In this document: piece after piece, positions 10,617 through 21,896 of the stretch
Numbering within the stretch: the stretch's first letter is position 1
Layout of the letters: every line of letters starts with the position of its first letter
NCBI GenBank assembly: GCA_965215055.1
Contig: OZ244046.1
Coordinates: 169,138 to 233,137, forward strand
Origin: Gammaproteobacteria bacterium
GTDB taxonomy: Bacteria; Pseudomonadota; Gammaproteobacteria; UBA4575
Direction of reading: 5' to 3'
Length of the DNA stretch: 64,000 nucleotides
Translations under genes and position numbers: made by a program
Notes under the pieces: model-generated
What the model saw: the letters and a program-made list of their open reading frames with translations, nothing else
The model's database searches: none
Told to the model about the DNA's origin: nothing

Positions 10617-11187
10617 ATACTATTAGTAGATATATTATAATTTGAAAAATTTAAAGGGAAATTGCCACAACTTGAGTTAACCAAAAATACTTTGAACTAT
10701 TTAGAATAATCCAGAAAAAATTGGATGAATTTTAATCGATTGAATTGATATTCTAACCTTTTTCTGTTCGATCTGTACACATCTATAAATAAGCAAAATA
10801 GTTCTAGATAAAGTTCTATCAATTCAAATTCAGTGGCTGAACTGGTTTCTCGCTATGTCTAAGCTGGGTATAAATAAAGGTTTGTCCAAGTAAAAGTGCT
10901 TGCAAGTATTGGTTTGCTGGTGTAGTTTGGCCACTCTGCCTCGGCCCATTTTACCTATGGTTTTGATCTGATTTACAATAATTTAGTATATAAGAATAGC
11001 AACTGATAGCAGACATAAATTAAGAGTTTAGTGCTAGCTGTGCAACAATGTCTTCAAGTTGTATATCGGGATTACATGCTCGGATTTGGTGAAAGTAAGT
11101 AACGCATCATGGTAATGGTGCCTTAGTTGCTGATGTCATTACGCTGTCATATATAATATGAAGTAAACAAAGCTTTGAGTTTATAGC

Positions 11188-13074
11188 ATGAGCACTTTTC
11201 CCAGCCTTTTTTTACAGCAAGTCAGAGCAAGCAAGCTTGATCCAGCAGTCCGTTACAAACGCTACGGATTATGGAGAACTTGGACATGGGGAGATACTGA
11301 TTTATTTGTACGTGAATTAGTATGCGGGTTGGCATATAGAGGTATTAAAGCGAATGATAAAGTTGCCATCATGGGCAATAACATTCCTGAGCTCTACCTT
11401 GCAATGATTGCCGTACAATGTCTGAGTGCAGTTCCTGTTCCTGTGCACCCTGATTCAAACTCCGAAGAGCTAATTTCGTATCTAAATAACTGCGAAGCCA
11501 AGTTCGTTATGGTACAGGACCAGCAACAAGTTGACGGCCTGTATGCCGTAAAAGAAAGATGCCCTAAGTTCGAGGAAATGGTTTATAACGACGAGCGTGG
11601 TATGCATGAATATACCTCTTCCCGTCTACATAGCTTCTTGCAGATGCGGGAGGCAGGTAAAAAATTTGCTGCTGACAATCCCAATTTCTTCGAAGACGTT
11701 ACTCAGAAAGTTTCATCAGATGCAGATGCCTTTATCCTCTATACTTCGGGCACTTCTGGTAAGCCGCGTGGCGCAGTGCATACGCATGGTAGTTTGATCA
11801 ACACTGGTGAAGCGTTAATTACGCAAGAAAAAATAACACGAGATGAAGAAGTGATTGCATTTTTACCATTATCTTATGCGGCAAATATATTATTTACCTA
11901 CACACTTTGGCTACTAAGGGGTTTTACTATCAACTGTCCCGAAAGTAATGAAACTATTATGACGGATTTGCGTGAGATTGGGCCCTCTATTCTTTATGCA
12001 CCGCCTCACTTTTATAAGCAGTTGTATTCTGAGATTATTGCAAGGGCACAGCGCTCTAAGTCCAAGTCATTTAATAGATGGCTGAGTGTTGCAAGACAAA
12101 AAAGAAATAAGTTCATAAATGGTGATGCTTTAACTGGGGCCGATAGTTTTAAATATAAACTTGGCGATTTGTTCATGTATGCGCCGCTTAAAAACGTTTA
12201 TGGGCTAACAAAGCTACGTAAGGCCTTTACCGGTGGCGATATAATGAGTAGTGAAGTGTTCAATTTTTTTCGAAGTATTGGTATTGATCTTAGAAAATCT
12301 TATGGAACTGCCGAGTCTGCAGGTCTTATCTGTGTGCAGGGGCCTGAACAGATCGATAATCTATCTGGTGAATACAGCATGGGTGTGCCGCTAGCGGGTG
12401 TAGAGGTTACAAAACTCGATGACGGTGAAATTGCATTTAGAGGAATAAATGCCTTTAAGGAATATTATCAAGACCCAGATTCTACGGCTGCTGCGAAAGA
12501 TGCAGATGGCTGGGTCAGAACAGGGGACATGGGTGAAATTGATGACCAAGGGGCGTTAAGAATTACTGAACGTGTTGATTCCATTGGTAAATTCGGAAGT
12601 GGTGATTTGTTTGCTCCGCATCTGGTAGAGAATGCCTTGAAATCTTCACCATATACTAAAGAAGCTGTCGTGGTTGGCGATGGCAAAGAAGCGATTGCTG
12701 CGCTTATAGTGATTGATAGTGACGCGGTAGGGAGCTGGGCGGAAGCAAACAGGATCCGTTTTACCGGTTATCGGGATTTGGCAACTAAAAATGAAGTATA
12801 TGAGCTGATAAAAAAGGTAGTGGATGATGTTAATGCGCATATCGAGCAAGTTGAAGGAAAAGGCTCCCCGCTGATCGAACGTTTTTTAATTATGCATCGT
12901 GAGTTTAATGTTGATGTGGGAGAGATGACGCGGTCACGCAAAATCAAGCGTGATGTCGTGATGGGTAGACATAAGGCATTAGTTGATGCGTTATATTCAT
13001 CACGGCAAACCTATGAAGTGAGAGATACTTCCAGTGGTGAAACGGTAGCAGAGCTGAAATTACAATCTGTATAG
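11188..13074 (+). CDS. AMP-dependent synthetase/ligase (long-chain-fatty-acid--CoA ligase family) associated with the Liv-type ABC transporter
   Basis: 628 aa; AMP-binding motif YTSGTSGKPRGAVHTHGS and the adenylation-core GD/TGD region. This is the usual first gene of 'acyl-CoA synthetase + livGHMF-like' operons. Confidence 0.8.
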   Translation: MSTFPSLFLQQVRASKLDPAVRYKRYGLWRTWTWGDTDLFVRELVCGLAYRGIKANDKVAIMGNNIPELYLAMIAVQCLSAVPVPVHPDSNSEELISYLNNCEAKFVMVQDQQQVDGLYAVKERCPKFEEMVYNDERGMHEYTSSRLHSFLQMREAGKKFAADNPNFFEDVTQKVSSDADAFILYTSGTSGKPRGAVHTHGSLINTGEALITQEKITRDEEVIAFLPLSYAANILFTYTLWLLRGFTINCPESNETIMTDLREIGPSILYAPPHFYKQLYSEIIARAQRSKSKSFNRWLSVARQKRNKFINGDALTGADSFKYKLGDLFMYAPLKNVYGLTKLRKAFTGGDIMSSEVFNFFRSIGIDLRKSYGTAESAGLICVQGPEQIDNLSGEYSMGVPLAGVEVTKLDDGEIAFRGINAFKEYYQDPDSTAAAKDADGWVRTGDMGEIDDQGALRITERVDSIGKFGSGDLFAPHLVENALKSSPYTKEAVVVGDGKEAIAALIVIDSDAVGSWAEANRIRFTGYRDLATKNEVYELIKKVVDDVNAHIEQVEGKGSPLIERFLIMHREFNVDVGEMTRSRKIKRDVVMGRHKALVDALYSSRQTYEVRDTSSGETVAELKLQSV

Positions 13075-13088
13075 TTGATGATAAAGAT

Positions 13089-13877
13089 ATGGATAATGGC
13101 GTAAACGGAAAAGAACCTCACTTAGTGGTCGAGAGCATTGACTTGGCATTTGGAGGTACCAAAGCAATAACGGATATCAGTTTTACAGTTTATAAGGGCG
13201 AAATCTGTGCCGTAATAGGCCCTAACGGGGCTGGGAAAAGTTCTATGCTGAATGTGATTAATGGTGTGTATATACCGCAAAAAGGCTCTATCACATTTGA
13301 AGGACAAAAATTTACAAAGATGAAACCTCACTCTGCAGCAGTAATGGGCATTGGTCGCACTTTTCAAAATATTGCCTTATTTTCGGGAATGACTGTGATT
13401 GAAAACCTCATGACTGGCCGTAACTTGATGATGAAGGCTACTTTTATAGAAAATGCCTTGGGGATTGGGCGTAGTAAGAAAGAGGAGCTTGAGCACCGGG
13501 AAGCGGTAGAAGAGATTATTGAGTTTTTAGGACTACAGTTGATACGCAAAACTCAGGTTTCAGCATTATCATATGGGTTGCAGAAGCGAGTTGAGCTTGG
13601 ACGCGCACTGGCGGCAGAGCCTAAAATGCTATTGCTTGATGAACCGATGACAGGTATGAATTTGGATGAAAAGTTGGATATGGCCTGCTTCATACAGGAG
13701 ATTAATTACAATCGCGGAACGACAATTGTCTTGATTGAACATGATATGGGCGTGGTAATGGACATCTCCAATCACGTGGTAGTAATGGACTACGGCGCAA
13801 AGATTGGTGATGGCACCCCTGATGAAGTTAAGAACAATCAAGCTGTTATTGATGCTTATTTGGGTGTCAGCCATTAG
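13089..13877 (+). CDS. ABC transporter ATP-binding protein, LivG-like
   Basis: Walker A GPNGAGKSS, signature LSYGLQKRVELGRAL, Walker B LLLDEPMTGMN; branched-chain amino acid transporter ATPase family. Confidence 0.85.
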   Translation: MDNGVNGKEPHLVVESIDLAFGGTKAITDISFTVYKGEICAVIGPNGAGKSSMLNVINGVYIPQKGSITFEGQKFTKMKPHSAAVMGIGRTFQNIALFSGMTVIENLMTGRNLMMKATFIENALGIGRSKKEELEHREAVEEIIEFLGLQLIRKTQVSALSYGLQKRVELGRALAAEPKMLLLDEPMTGMNLDEKLDMACFIQEINYNRGTTIVLIEHDMGVVMDISNHVVVMDYGAKIGDGTPDEVKNNQAVIDAYLGVSH

Positions 13878-13915
13878 ACTGTAAAACTTGGACAGGGTGT
13901 GAAAGGAGCAAACAG

Positions 13916-14863
13916 GTGGAAATTCTAGCAGGATTCAGCAATGCGTTTGTTGAGATGTTCACCCTTTTTGGGTTGGAGGTGCTTATTGGTGGAATGCTCT
14001 CGGGGATTATGTATACATTGGTGGCCATCGGATTTGTGCTTGTCTACAAGTCCTCTGGTGTATTTAATTTTGCACAGGGAACGATGTTGCTGTTTGCAGC
14101 CTTGACGTTTGTAAGCCTGCTAGAAAGGCAGGTAAGTTTCTGGATAGCATTTACTATCACTACGTTTGTGATGGTGGTTATAGGCATCGTTATAGAACGC
14201 ACGGTAATGCGTCCACTCGCTAATCAGTCGTTGCTGTCATTGTTTATGGCTACGGTCGGATTAAATTATTTCTTGGAAGGTTTTGCCCAAGGCACTTGGG
14301 ATGCTGCAGTACATGGCCTGGAGTTGGGTATTCCCTCCGATCCAATTTTTGTTTCCGAGTATATCCCTTGGCTCGATATCCTGTTGAGTACTTTTGACGG
14401 TTTTGTCGCAGGGGTAGCACTCATTTTGGTATTAGCCCTGTATCTTTTTTTTCAATATACGCGTACAGGCCTGTCACTACGTGCGGTGTCCGATGATCAT
14501 ATGGCTGCACAGGCAGTAGGTATTCCACTTTCGAGAATTTGGGCAATTGTATGGGCTGTTACTGGTGTGATTGTTTTTATAGCGGGAATGGCGTGGGCAG
14601 ACCGCTTGAGCGTATCTTTTACACTGACGTGGGCTGTACTAAAAGGGCTTCCCGTGATCCTTATTGGCGGGTTGACGTCTATACCTGGCTGTATTGTAGG
14701 TGGCTTGATAATTGGCTCAAGTGAAAAGCTTGGTGAGATCTTTTTTGCAGATGCCTTTGGTGGGCAGGGAATTGAACATTGGTGGGCCTATTTGACCGCG
14801 TTGGTATTTATATTGATACGTCCAACGGGAATGTTTGGTGAGCGTGAAATTGAGAGAGTATAG
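13916..14863 (+). CDS. branched-chain amino acid ABC transporter permease, LivH-like
   Basis: 315 aa polytopic membrane protein with the LivH-family conserved region; sits between the two ATPase genes. Confidence 0.8.
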   Translation: MEILAGFSNAFVEMFTLFGLEVLIGGMLSGIMYTLVAIGFVLVYKSSGVFNFAQGTMLLFAALTFVSLLERQVSFWIAFTITTFVMVVIGIVIERTVMRPLANQSLLSLFMATVGLNYFLEGFAQGTWDAAVHGLELGIPSDPIFVSEYIPWLDILLSTFDGFVAGVALILVLALYLFFQYTRTGLSLRAVSDDHMAAQAVGIPLSRIWAIVWAVTGVIVFIAGMAWADRLSVSFTLTWAVLKGLPVILIGGLTSIPGCIVGGLIIGSSEKLGEIFFADAFGGQGIEHWWAYLTALVFILIRPTGMFGEREIERV

Positions 14864-14865
14864 AC

Positions 14866-15981
14866 ATGTACTATCGTGAGACAGGCCAGATTACTGAAAA
14901 TTATGCCAAGGACAGGCGTATGATGCCGATACGCGAAGATCGCTGGATTATGTGGGCTTTCCTGGCCTTTATGTTTTTGGTTGTTCCGCTTATAGGTAAT
15001 GACTACTGGCTCAGTGCTATTTTAATTCCGATGATGGTATTAGGTGTCGCTAGTTTAGGATTGAACATTGCGACGGGGTATACTGGACAGCTTTCACTCG
15101 GTTCGGCAGGGTTTATGTCTTTTGGTGCATTTACAGCACTTAATCTGCTGCTACGTGTTGAATGGATGAACATTTGGTTGGCTTTTTTGTGCGCTGGTAT
15201 CGTATCAGGATTGATAGGAATTGTATTTGGTCTTCCTAGCTTACGTATTAAAGGATTCTACTTGCTTGTATCGACATTGTGTGCGCAGTTCTTTCACGAG
15301 TGGGTATTCGGTGCCTTTCCATGGTTTTTAGACTACGAGAGTTCAGGTATTAAGCATCTACCATGGTTTCACTATCGTTTCCTGCCATTTCAGGATCAAA
15401 TCTTCGAATTTTTTGGGCTTGAAAAGGACTACAATGGTTACGTTTGGCGGTATTTGATTACTTTAATCGTAACGCTATTGTTGGCAATTTCGGCCAAAAA
15501 TATGGTGCGTAGTTCAACTGGACGAAATTGGATGGCCGTGCGAGACATGGATATTGCCGCGAGCGTCATCGGTATCCCGGTAGGCAGGACCAAGTTAAAT
15601 GCATTCTTCGTAAGCTGTTTTTATGTTGGAGTTTCAGGAGCCATGTACTCGTACTGCTACATTGGTAATCTCGACTATAGCGGCTATGACCTGAGCGTGT
15701 CGTTTTTGATCATGTTTATGGTGATCCTAGGTGGCTTGGGTTCTATTTTAGGCTCTTTCTTAGGCGCTATTTTTGTCTATGGCTGGCCAATACTGGTAAC
15801 GAGATTTGGTAACGCAGTGTTTGGGGGTGGTGCTCTGGACACTACGTTTGTGGAAAATAATTCAAAAATTGTGATTGGTACTATCATTGTTTTATTATTA
15901 ATTTACCATCCAAATGGCTTTGCAGGGCTATGGAACTCTGCTAAACATCGGTTACGTATCTGGCCATTTTCTACTACGTAA
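14866..15981 (+). CDS. branched-chain amino acid ABC transporter permease, LivM-like
   Basis: 371 aa polytopic membrane protein. Its start lies 2 bp after the upstream stop; LivM-family loop GQLSLGSAGFMSFGAF. Confidence 0.8.
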   Translation: MYYRETGQITENYAKDRRMMPIREDRWIMWAFLAFMFLVVPLIGNDYWLSAILIPMMVLGVASLGLNIATGYTGQLSLGSAGFMSFGAFTALNLLLRVEWMNIWLAFLCAGIVSGLIGIVFGLPSLRIKGFYLLVSTLCAQFFHEWVFGAFPWFLDYESSGIKHLPWFHYRFLPFQDQIFEFFGLEKDYNGYVWRYLITLIVTLLLAISAKNMVRSSTGRNWMAVRDMDIAASVIGIPVGRTKLNAFFVSCFYVGVSGAMYSYCYIGNLDYSGYDLSVSFLIMFMVILGGLGSILGSFLGAIFVYGWPILVTRFGNAVFGGGALDTTFVENNSKIVIGTIIVLLLIYHPNGFAGLWNSAKHRLRIWPFSTT

Positions 15982-16040
15982 GCAATTGGAAAAGTTTTTA
16001 TGTTTGTTATTTAAGAGATGAAAGTAAGATAGAAATAATT

Positions 16041-16877
16041 ATGAGCGATGCCCCATCATTAGCAGCTGCAAATGATAATACACCGATATTGGCGATTAAT
16101 AATATTGAGGCCGTCTATAGCAGGGTTATTCTTGCTTTGCGTGGAGTCTCCCTGGTTGTAAATGAGGGTGAAGTAGTATCTTTGCTTGGTGCTAATGGTG
16201 CAGGCAAAACGACAACACTGAAAGCATGTTCACGTTTATTGGAATCGGAGAATGGCCAAGTAACAAAAGGTGCTATAGAGCTAAAGGGTCACGATATTGC
16301 ATCCTATTCTGCTTATGACATGGTGAAAAGAGGTGTAGTTCAGGTATTGGAAGGACGCCATATATTTGCGCATTTGGATGTTGAAGAAAATTTGCTGACG
16401 GGCTCTTTTATTCAGAATATGAATAAAGCAGAACTAAAAAGAAATTTAAATCATGTTTATGAATTGTTTCCCCGTATAGCAAACCGACGTAATACTCCCG
16501 GTGGCTTATGCTCGGGTGGTGAGCAGCAAATGATTGCTGTAGGCCGGGCACTTATGTCAAAGCCAAGTCTGATTTTGTTGGATGAGCCATCCATGGGGCT
16601 TGCACCACAGTTTGTTGAACAAATATTTGAGATTGTAAAGCGACTCAACGAAGAAGAAGGCGTGAGCTTTCTGATTTCAGAACAAAATGCCAGGATTGCA
16701 CTGCGCTATGCATCAGTTGGCTATGTAATCGAGAATGGGCGTGTGGTGAAAAAAGGGTCATCAAAGGAACTGCTTGAATCAACGGATGTGGCTGAGATGT
16801 ATTTAGGCGGTGCGGATAAGGGCCTTTCATTTGATGGCGTTAAGTACTACCATCGCCGTCGTCCCTGTTTCGTCTAA
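16041..16877 (+). CDS. ABC transporter ATP-binding protein, LivF-like
   Basis: Walker A GANGAGKTT, signature CSGGEQQMIAVGRAL, Walker B LILLDEPSMGLAP. Confidence 0.85.
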   Translation: MSDAPSLAAANDNTPILAINNIEAVYSRVILALRGVSLVVNEGEVVSLLGANGAGKTTTLKACSRLLESENGQVTKGAIELKGHDIASYSAYDMVKRGVVQVLEGRHIFAHLDVEENLLTGSFIQNMNKAELKRNLNHVYELFPRIANRRNTPGGLCSGGEQQMIAVGRALMSKPSLILLDEPSMGLAPQFVEQIFEIVKRLNEEEGVSFLISEQNARIALRYASVGYVIENGRVVKKGSSKELLESTDVAEMYLGGADKGLSFDGVKYYHRRRPCFV

Positions 16878-16899
16878 ATATTTTATTCATTGAGCAGTC

Positions 16900-17853
16900 T
16901 CAATCAGCTTTTTGTAGGCGCTCGACCCAAACGTCCAATCCTGCCGCATTCAGTCTCAAATCAGATTCTAGAAAATCCATTTGCGTCTCTACGTTTGCGG
17001 TGTTGTATCTTTTGTTTAACCGTGCTTGCAAATATTCCCTAAGTGCGTCATAAATTTTTTCCTTGCGATTTTTCATACCTGCATAGCTCTGCGCGATCTT
17101 GGCATATTGGCTGATATCGTTACATAGTTCACCTGCCAAGCGGCTGATTTCTGTAACCTTGCCAAAATGAGTGATGTATATATTTTCTGGGTTGTAGCTG
17201 AGAATTCGCGTTAGTGATTCCTGCCAAGCATTTGGGTCAAACTGTACTGGAGAGGTGGTGGGCAGAATAAAAGCACCGTTTTCATCATCAAGTTGGCGAT
17301 ACGATAGGCCGAAAGTATCGCCACTGAAGAAGCTTTTGCTTGTTTCATCATATATACAAAAATGATGGCGGGCATGGCCCGGGGTGTCCAGGAAGGTCAG
17401 TTTACGCCCCGCAAGTACCAAGGTTGTCTTATCTTCTGCGACAATTATACGCTTTTCATCAATGGGAATGATTTCCCCAAAGTTTCGTTTGAATTTTTTT
17501 TCGCCGTAAACTGCCATTGCACTGATGATGAGTTTACTTGGATCAGTCATGTGACGTGCGCCACGAGGGTGAATGACTAGATTGGCATCGGGTAGTTTGC
17601 TCATTAACAAGCCTGCTCCGCCAGCATGGTCCAGGTGCACATGCGTGGGGGCGACGTATTCCACCTTGTCAATTGGAATCCCTTTTATTTCCAGGATTTT
17701 TAGCAAATAGGGGACGGTGTTCCCTGTACCTGTATCAATAAAGGCTGCGCAGCCATTGTGAACCACTAAGTAACAGGCCGTGTGTCCAACATGGCTGTAC
17801 ATGGTGTCAATGCAGGTAATACCAAAATCGTAATCGTAAAAAATAGTTTGCAC
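16900..17853 (-). CDS. MBL-fold metallo-hydrolase
   Basis: 317 aa with the metallo-beta-lactamase motif PTHVHLDHAGG and downstream His/Asp ligands. Confidence 0.7.
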   Translation of the reverse strand: MQTIFYDYDFGITCIDTMYSHVGHTACYLVVHNGCAAFIDTGTGNTVPYLLKILEIKGIPIDKVEYVAPTHVHLDHAGGAGLLMSKLPDANLVIHPRGARHMTDPSKLIISAMAVYGEKKFKRNFGEIIPIDEKRIIVAEDKTTLVLAGRKLTFLDTPGHARHHFCIYDETSKSFFSGDTFGLSYRQLDDENGAFILPTTSPVQFDPNAWQESLTRILSYNPENIYITHFGKVTEISRLAGELCNDISQYAKIAQSYAGMKNRKEKIYDALREYLQARLNKRYNTANVETQMDFLESDLRLNAAGLDVWVERLQKAD

Positions 17854-17870
17854 GTCAGAGTTTAGGTAAT

Positions 17871-18353
17871 TTATACCAATAGGTCTTTTGAGCTTACGAT
17901 GATTCCATCTTTATCAGCATATAAAAATTGATCGGGAATAAATTCTATATCTGCAAAATATACCGGAATGTCTTTTTCACCCATCCCTTTTTTCTCAGTT
18001 CTAAGTGGAATGGTTGCAAGGGCTTTGCAGCCGATTTTGATTGTTGCAATAGCTTCGGCATCGCGAATGCACCCATATACGATGATACCTGCCCACTTAT
18101 TATCGGCCCCCGCTTGTGCTAACAGGTCTCCAACTAATGCCCTGCGAGTTGAACCACCTCCGTCTATCACTAGTACTCGCCCTGTACCAGGGCTTTTAAG
18201 TATTTCTCGAACAAGAGAGTTATCCTCAAAACACTTGATAGTGTTAATTTTCCCACAAAAGGATGTATTGCCACCGTAGTTACGAAATAATGGTTGAGCT
18301 ACTGAAATTATATCTTCGTGAGTATCGCAAAGGTCGGCTGTTTTAAACCGCAT
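17871..18353 (-). CDS. rraA: ribonuclease E activity regulator RraA (RraA/MenG family)
   Basis: Near-collinear with E. coli RraA (ADLCD...V..PLF.N.GG...F.G.I.T.KCFEDN.L....L...G.GRVLV.DGGGS.RRALVG..LA). The start is taken at MRFKTADLCD (Met14 of the listed ORF). Confidence 0.8.
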   Translation of the reverse strand: MRFKTADLCDTHEDIISVAQPLFRNYGGNTSFCGKINTIKCFEDNSLVREILKSPGTGRVLVIDGGGSTRRALVGDLLAQAGADNKWAGIIVYGCIRDAEAIATIKIGCKALATIPLRTEKKGMGEKDIPVYFADIEFIPDQFLYADKDGIIVSSKDLLV

Positions 18354-18540
18354 GATAGTTCCGTTATTAAATGAAATAATTCTAGATTCCAAGCTTTTGT
18401 TTGTGTAGCCAGTCTCTCAATTTTTATGGTCATTATAAATTAGTATCTGTTAATATGCCCTACCACTGTGGCTTGGGCAAAATTACAGGATTAAAGCCAA
18501 GCTATTATATATTCCGGGGTGTTTTTTTAAGGAGAAGGTT

Positions 18541-19845
18541 GTGAGTGAGAGCAGAGTTGAACAGGTAAAGGAACTTGAGAAGGAGTGGGCAAGTAGTCCT
18601 CGTTGGAAAAATGTTCGGCGTGATTATACAGCTGAAGATGTTGTACGTCTCCGTGGTTCATTGCAGGTAGAGCATACACTTGCGAGGCGAGGTGCGGAAA
18701 GGCTTTGGCAATTAGTAAATGAAGAAGATTATATCAATTGTTTGGGCACACTCACCGGAGGTCAAGCCGTTCAACAGGTAAAGGCTGGAGTCAAGGCCAT
18801 ATACTTATCGGGTTGGCAAGTTGCAGCAGATGCCAATACTAGTGAAACCATGTATCCTGATCAGTCTCTCTACGCATATGATTCTGTACCCACCGTCGTA
18901 CGCAGAATCAATAATGCACTCAAGCGCGCAGATGAAATTCAGTGGTCGCGTGGTGAAGGTGATATGGATTATTTCGTGCCTATAGTGGCAGATGCGGAAG
19001 CCGGCTTTGGCGGCGTGCTCAATGCGTTTGAGTTAATGAAAAACATGATTGCTGCAGGAGCTGCAGGCGTGCACTTTGAAGATCAGTTAGCTGCCGTAAA
19101 GAAATGCGGGCACATGGGAGGGAAGGTCCTTGTGTCTACACAAGAGGCTTGTCAGAAACTTAACGCCGCACGCCTTGCTGCCGATGTTATGGGAGTCCCG
19201 ACTGTTGTGTTAGGCCGCACCGATGCTGAAGCAGCTAATCTTATTACCTCTGATCATGATAAGCGCGATAAACCATTCCTGACGGGAGAACGTACTTCTG
19301 AAGGTTTCTTCCGTGTCAGAAATGGGTTAGAACAAGCAATTTCGCGCGGCGTCGCGTATGCAGAATATGCTGATTTAATCTGGTGTGAGACGGGTACTCC
19401 AGACCTCGATTTTGCTAAAAAGTTTGCAGAAGGCGTTCGCAAAGAACACCCGCAACAATTGCTCGCCTACAATTGTTCACCTTCCTTCAACTGGAGGAAG
19501 AATTTAGACGATAACACGATTGCTAAATTCCAACGTGAGTTGGGTGCCATGGGCTATAAGTATCAATTTATTACTTTAGCGGGTATCCACAGCATGTGGT
19601 ACAACATGTTTGACTTGGCCGAAAAGTATGTGAAAGAAGGTATGACGGCTTATGTCAACATGGTACAGGAACCGGAGTTTGATGCACGTGAACGCGGCTA
19701 CACTTTTGTCAGCCATCAACAGGAGGTAGGGGCAGGCTATTTTGATGACGTGACAACTACTATCCAAGGTGGACAGTCATCTGTTACCGCGCTTACAGGG
19801 TCGACGGAAGAAGAGCAATTTGACTCTAAAACTGCTACTAAGTAG
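18541..19845 (+). CDS. aceA: isocitrate lyase
   Basis: 434 aa, the ICL/PEP-mutase superfamily catalytic motif [12 protein letters not shown], and an N-terminal segment collinear with AceA. Confidence 0.92.
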   Translation: MSESRVEQVKELEKEWASSPRWKNVRRDYTAEDVVRLRGSLQVEHTLARRGAERLWQLVNEEDYINCLGTLTGGQAVQQVKAGVKAIYLSGWQVAADANTSETMYPDQSLYAYDSVPTVVRRINNALKRADEIQWSRGEGDMDYFVPIVADAEAGFGGVLNAFELMKNMIAAGAAGVHFEDQLAAVKKCGHMGGKVLVSTQEACQKLNAARLAADVMGVPTVVLGRTDAEAANLITSDHDKRDKPFLTGERTSEGFFRVRNGLEQAISRGVAYAEYADLIWCETGTPDLDFAKKFAEGVRKEHPQQLLAYNCSPSFNWRKNLDDNTIAKFQRELGAMGYKYQFITLAGIHSMWYNMFDLAEKYVKEGMTAYVNMVQEPEFDARERGYTFVSHQQEVGAGYFDDVTTTIQGGQSSVTALTGSTEEEQFDSKTATK

Positions 19846-19979
19846 CACAAGTAGTTTTTGATACACTTAAACCCTACACATCCTTTAGCTTTCAATTTAC
19901 GACGGGCATTGCAGCATGCGTGAGTCCGTAGCTAATCGGGGTCTTTGAGTGCCGGATTTTGGTCTGATTAATTACGTTT

Positions 19980-21344
19980 TTGTTTAGAGTACTTATGAAG
20001 CATAGAGCCTATGAGCATGTTCAGGTCCCTGTAGAGGGAGAGGCTGTCAAGCTTAATCAGGATAAAACCTTGGGTGTTCCTGATGTCCCTATCATCCCGT
20101 TTATAGAGGGTGATGGCATTGGCATAGACGTTACTCCGGTAATGAGACGAGTTGTTACAGCCGCCGTTAAGAGGGCCTACAATAACAAGCGGCGTATCAG
20201 TTGGATGGAAATTTATGCTGGTGAAAAGGCGTCCCGTTTATATGGCCAAGCGAATTTCTTGCCTGAAGAAACACTTGACGTAATGAAAAAGTACGTAGTG
20301 TCGATAAAGGGTCCGCTTGCTACGCCAGTAGGCCAGGGAATGCGTTCGTTAAATGTGGCAATTCGACAAGAGCTAGACTTATTTGCTTGTGTGCGTCCTA
20401 TTCGATATTTCTCTGGAACACCTACACCACTGAAAGATTCGGCGACTACTGACATGGTAGTTTTTCGTGAAAACACTGAAGATATATATGCAGGTATTGA
20501 ATGGGAAGCCCAAAGTGAAGAAGCGAAGAGGATCATCAAGTTTTTGCGTGATGAAATGGATGTTACAAAAATACGTTTTCCAGAAACTTCCGGAATCGGT
20601 ATTAAACCTGTTTCAAAGGAAGGTTCAGTACGTTTAATACGCAAGGCTATTCAGTATGCTATAGATAATGATCGCCGTTCAGTGTCTTTAGTACACAAAG
20701 GCAATATTATGAAGTTCACTGAAGGCGCGTTTCGGAATTGGGGTTATGAATTAGCTTTGCAGGAATTTAATGCTGAAGTTATCGGTGAAGGCCCATGGTG
20801 TAGGATTGTAAGTCCTGACAATGGCAAAGATATCATTGTTAAAGATGTCATTGCAGATAATTTTTTACAGCAGATTTTACTTAAGCCCAAAGACTATGAC
20901 GTAATTGCAACACTGAACTTAAATGGCGACTATATTTCTGATGCTCTTGCTGCCCAAGTAGGTGGTATCGGTATTGCACCAGGTGCGAACATTTCAGATG
21001 ATGTTGCCTGTTTTGAGGCCACGCACGGTACGGCACCAACGCATGCAGGAAAAAACCGGGTTAACCCGGGGTCCATCATTTTGTCGGCTGATATGATGTT
21101 GCGTCACATGGGCTGGACCGAAGCAGCAGATTTGATCATTACAGGTATCTCGGGTGCCATTGCCTCGAAAACTGTTACTTATGATTTAGCTCGTGCACGA
21201 GCAGGATTTCAAGCCAAGGGACGAAGACCTGGTACTTCAAAGGAGGTGCAGGAAGATCTCGAACGCTTAATGCCTGGCGCAACGTTGGTCAGCACTTCCG
21301 GGTTTGGAGATGAAATCATTAAAAACATGTCTATGTCTTATTGA
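19980..21344 (+). CDS. icd: NADP-dependent isocitrate dehydrogenase (homodimeric Icd type)
   Basis: Collinear with E. coli Icd ([61 protein letters not shown]). There is an apparent insertion of about 20 aa near the C-terminus compared with E. coli, judged from memory of the E. coli sequence. An alternative start is Met6 at 19995. Confidence 0.9.
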   Translation: MFRVLMKHRAYEHVQVPVEGEAVKLNQDKTLGVPDVPIIPFIEGDGIGIDVTPVMRRVVTAAVKRAYNNKRRISWMEIYAGEKASRLYGQANFLPEETLDVMKKYVVSIKGPLATPVGQGMRSLNVAIRQELDLFACVRPIRYFSGTPTPLKDSATTDMVVFRENTEDIYAGIEWEAQSEEAKRIIKFLRDEMDVTKIRFPETSGIGIKPVSKEGSVRLIRKAIQYAIDNDRRSVSLVHKGNIMKFTEGAFRNWGYELALQEFNAEVIGEGPWCRIVSPDNGKDIIVKDVIADNFLQQILLKPKDYDVIATLNLNGDYISDALAAQVGGIGIAPGANISDDVACFEATHGTAPTHAGKNRVNPGSIILSADMMLRHMGWTEAADLIITGISGAIASKTVTYDLARARAGFQAKGRRPGTSKEVQEDLERLMPGATLVSTSGFGDEIIKNMSMSY

Positions 21345-21481
21345 TTACCAATCCTATAACACATAGTAAAAATTATCGGACATATGTTTATTGTAATGGC
21401 TCGTAATCCTCTTTATTTTTTAACTTTGGTCTTTCTTTTCTTTAATCTATTTGAATAGCACACGGGATATTATTGTAAATC

Positions 21482-21811
21482 ATGGCGCATTATAAAATAA
21501 CCTTTTACAACCAAAATAAAGTTTATGAAGTGTATGCGCGGCAGGTATATCAGTCAGACTTGTATGGCTTTATAACTATCGAAGACTTGACATTCAATGA
21601 GCGATCAAACGTTGTAATTGACCCTGGTGAAGAAAAACTCAAGTCCGAATTTAACCAGGTAAAGCGTTTTTTCATACCTGTGCATGCTGTAATAAGAATT
21701 GATGAGGTTTATAAACAAGGGACGGCTAAAATCTCAGAAGCAGGTGAGAATGTTACTCATTTTCCTGCGCCTGTCTATAGTCCAAGAAATGACAGAGGAG
21801 GAAAATCATAA
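21482..21811 (+). CDS. conserved hypothetical protein (resembles the DUF1820 family found in gammaproteobacteria)
   Basis: 109-aa ORF (MAHYKITFYNQNKVYEVYARQVYQSDLYGFI...) with a clean start and a downstream tRNA. The family assignment is from memory only. Confidence 0.45.
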   Translation: MAHYKITFYNQNKVYEVYARQVYQSDLYGFITIEDLTFNERSNVVIDPGEEKLKSEFNQVKRFFIPVHAVIRIDEVYKQGTAKISEAGENVTHFPAPVYSPRNDRGGKS

Positions 21812-21896
21812 TATTTTAATTCTGCCAAACAAATAACCCTGTCATTGAAATGCCGATCTTAAAAGCTACTTTGATGTTGCTTATATTCTTTTATCA

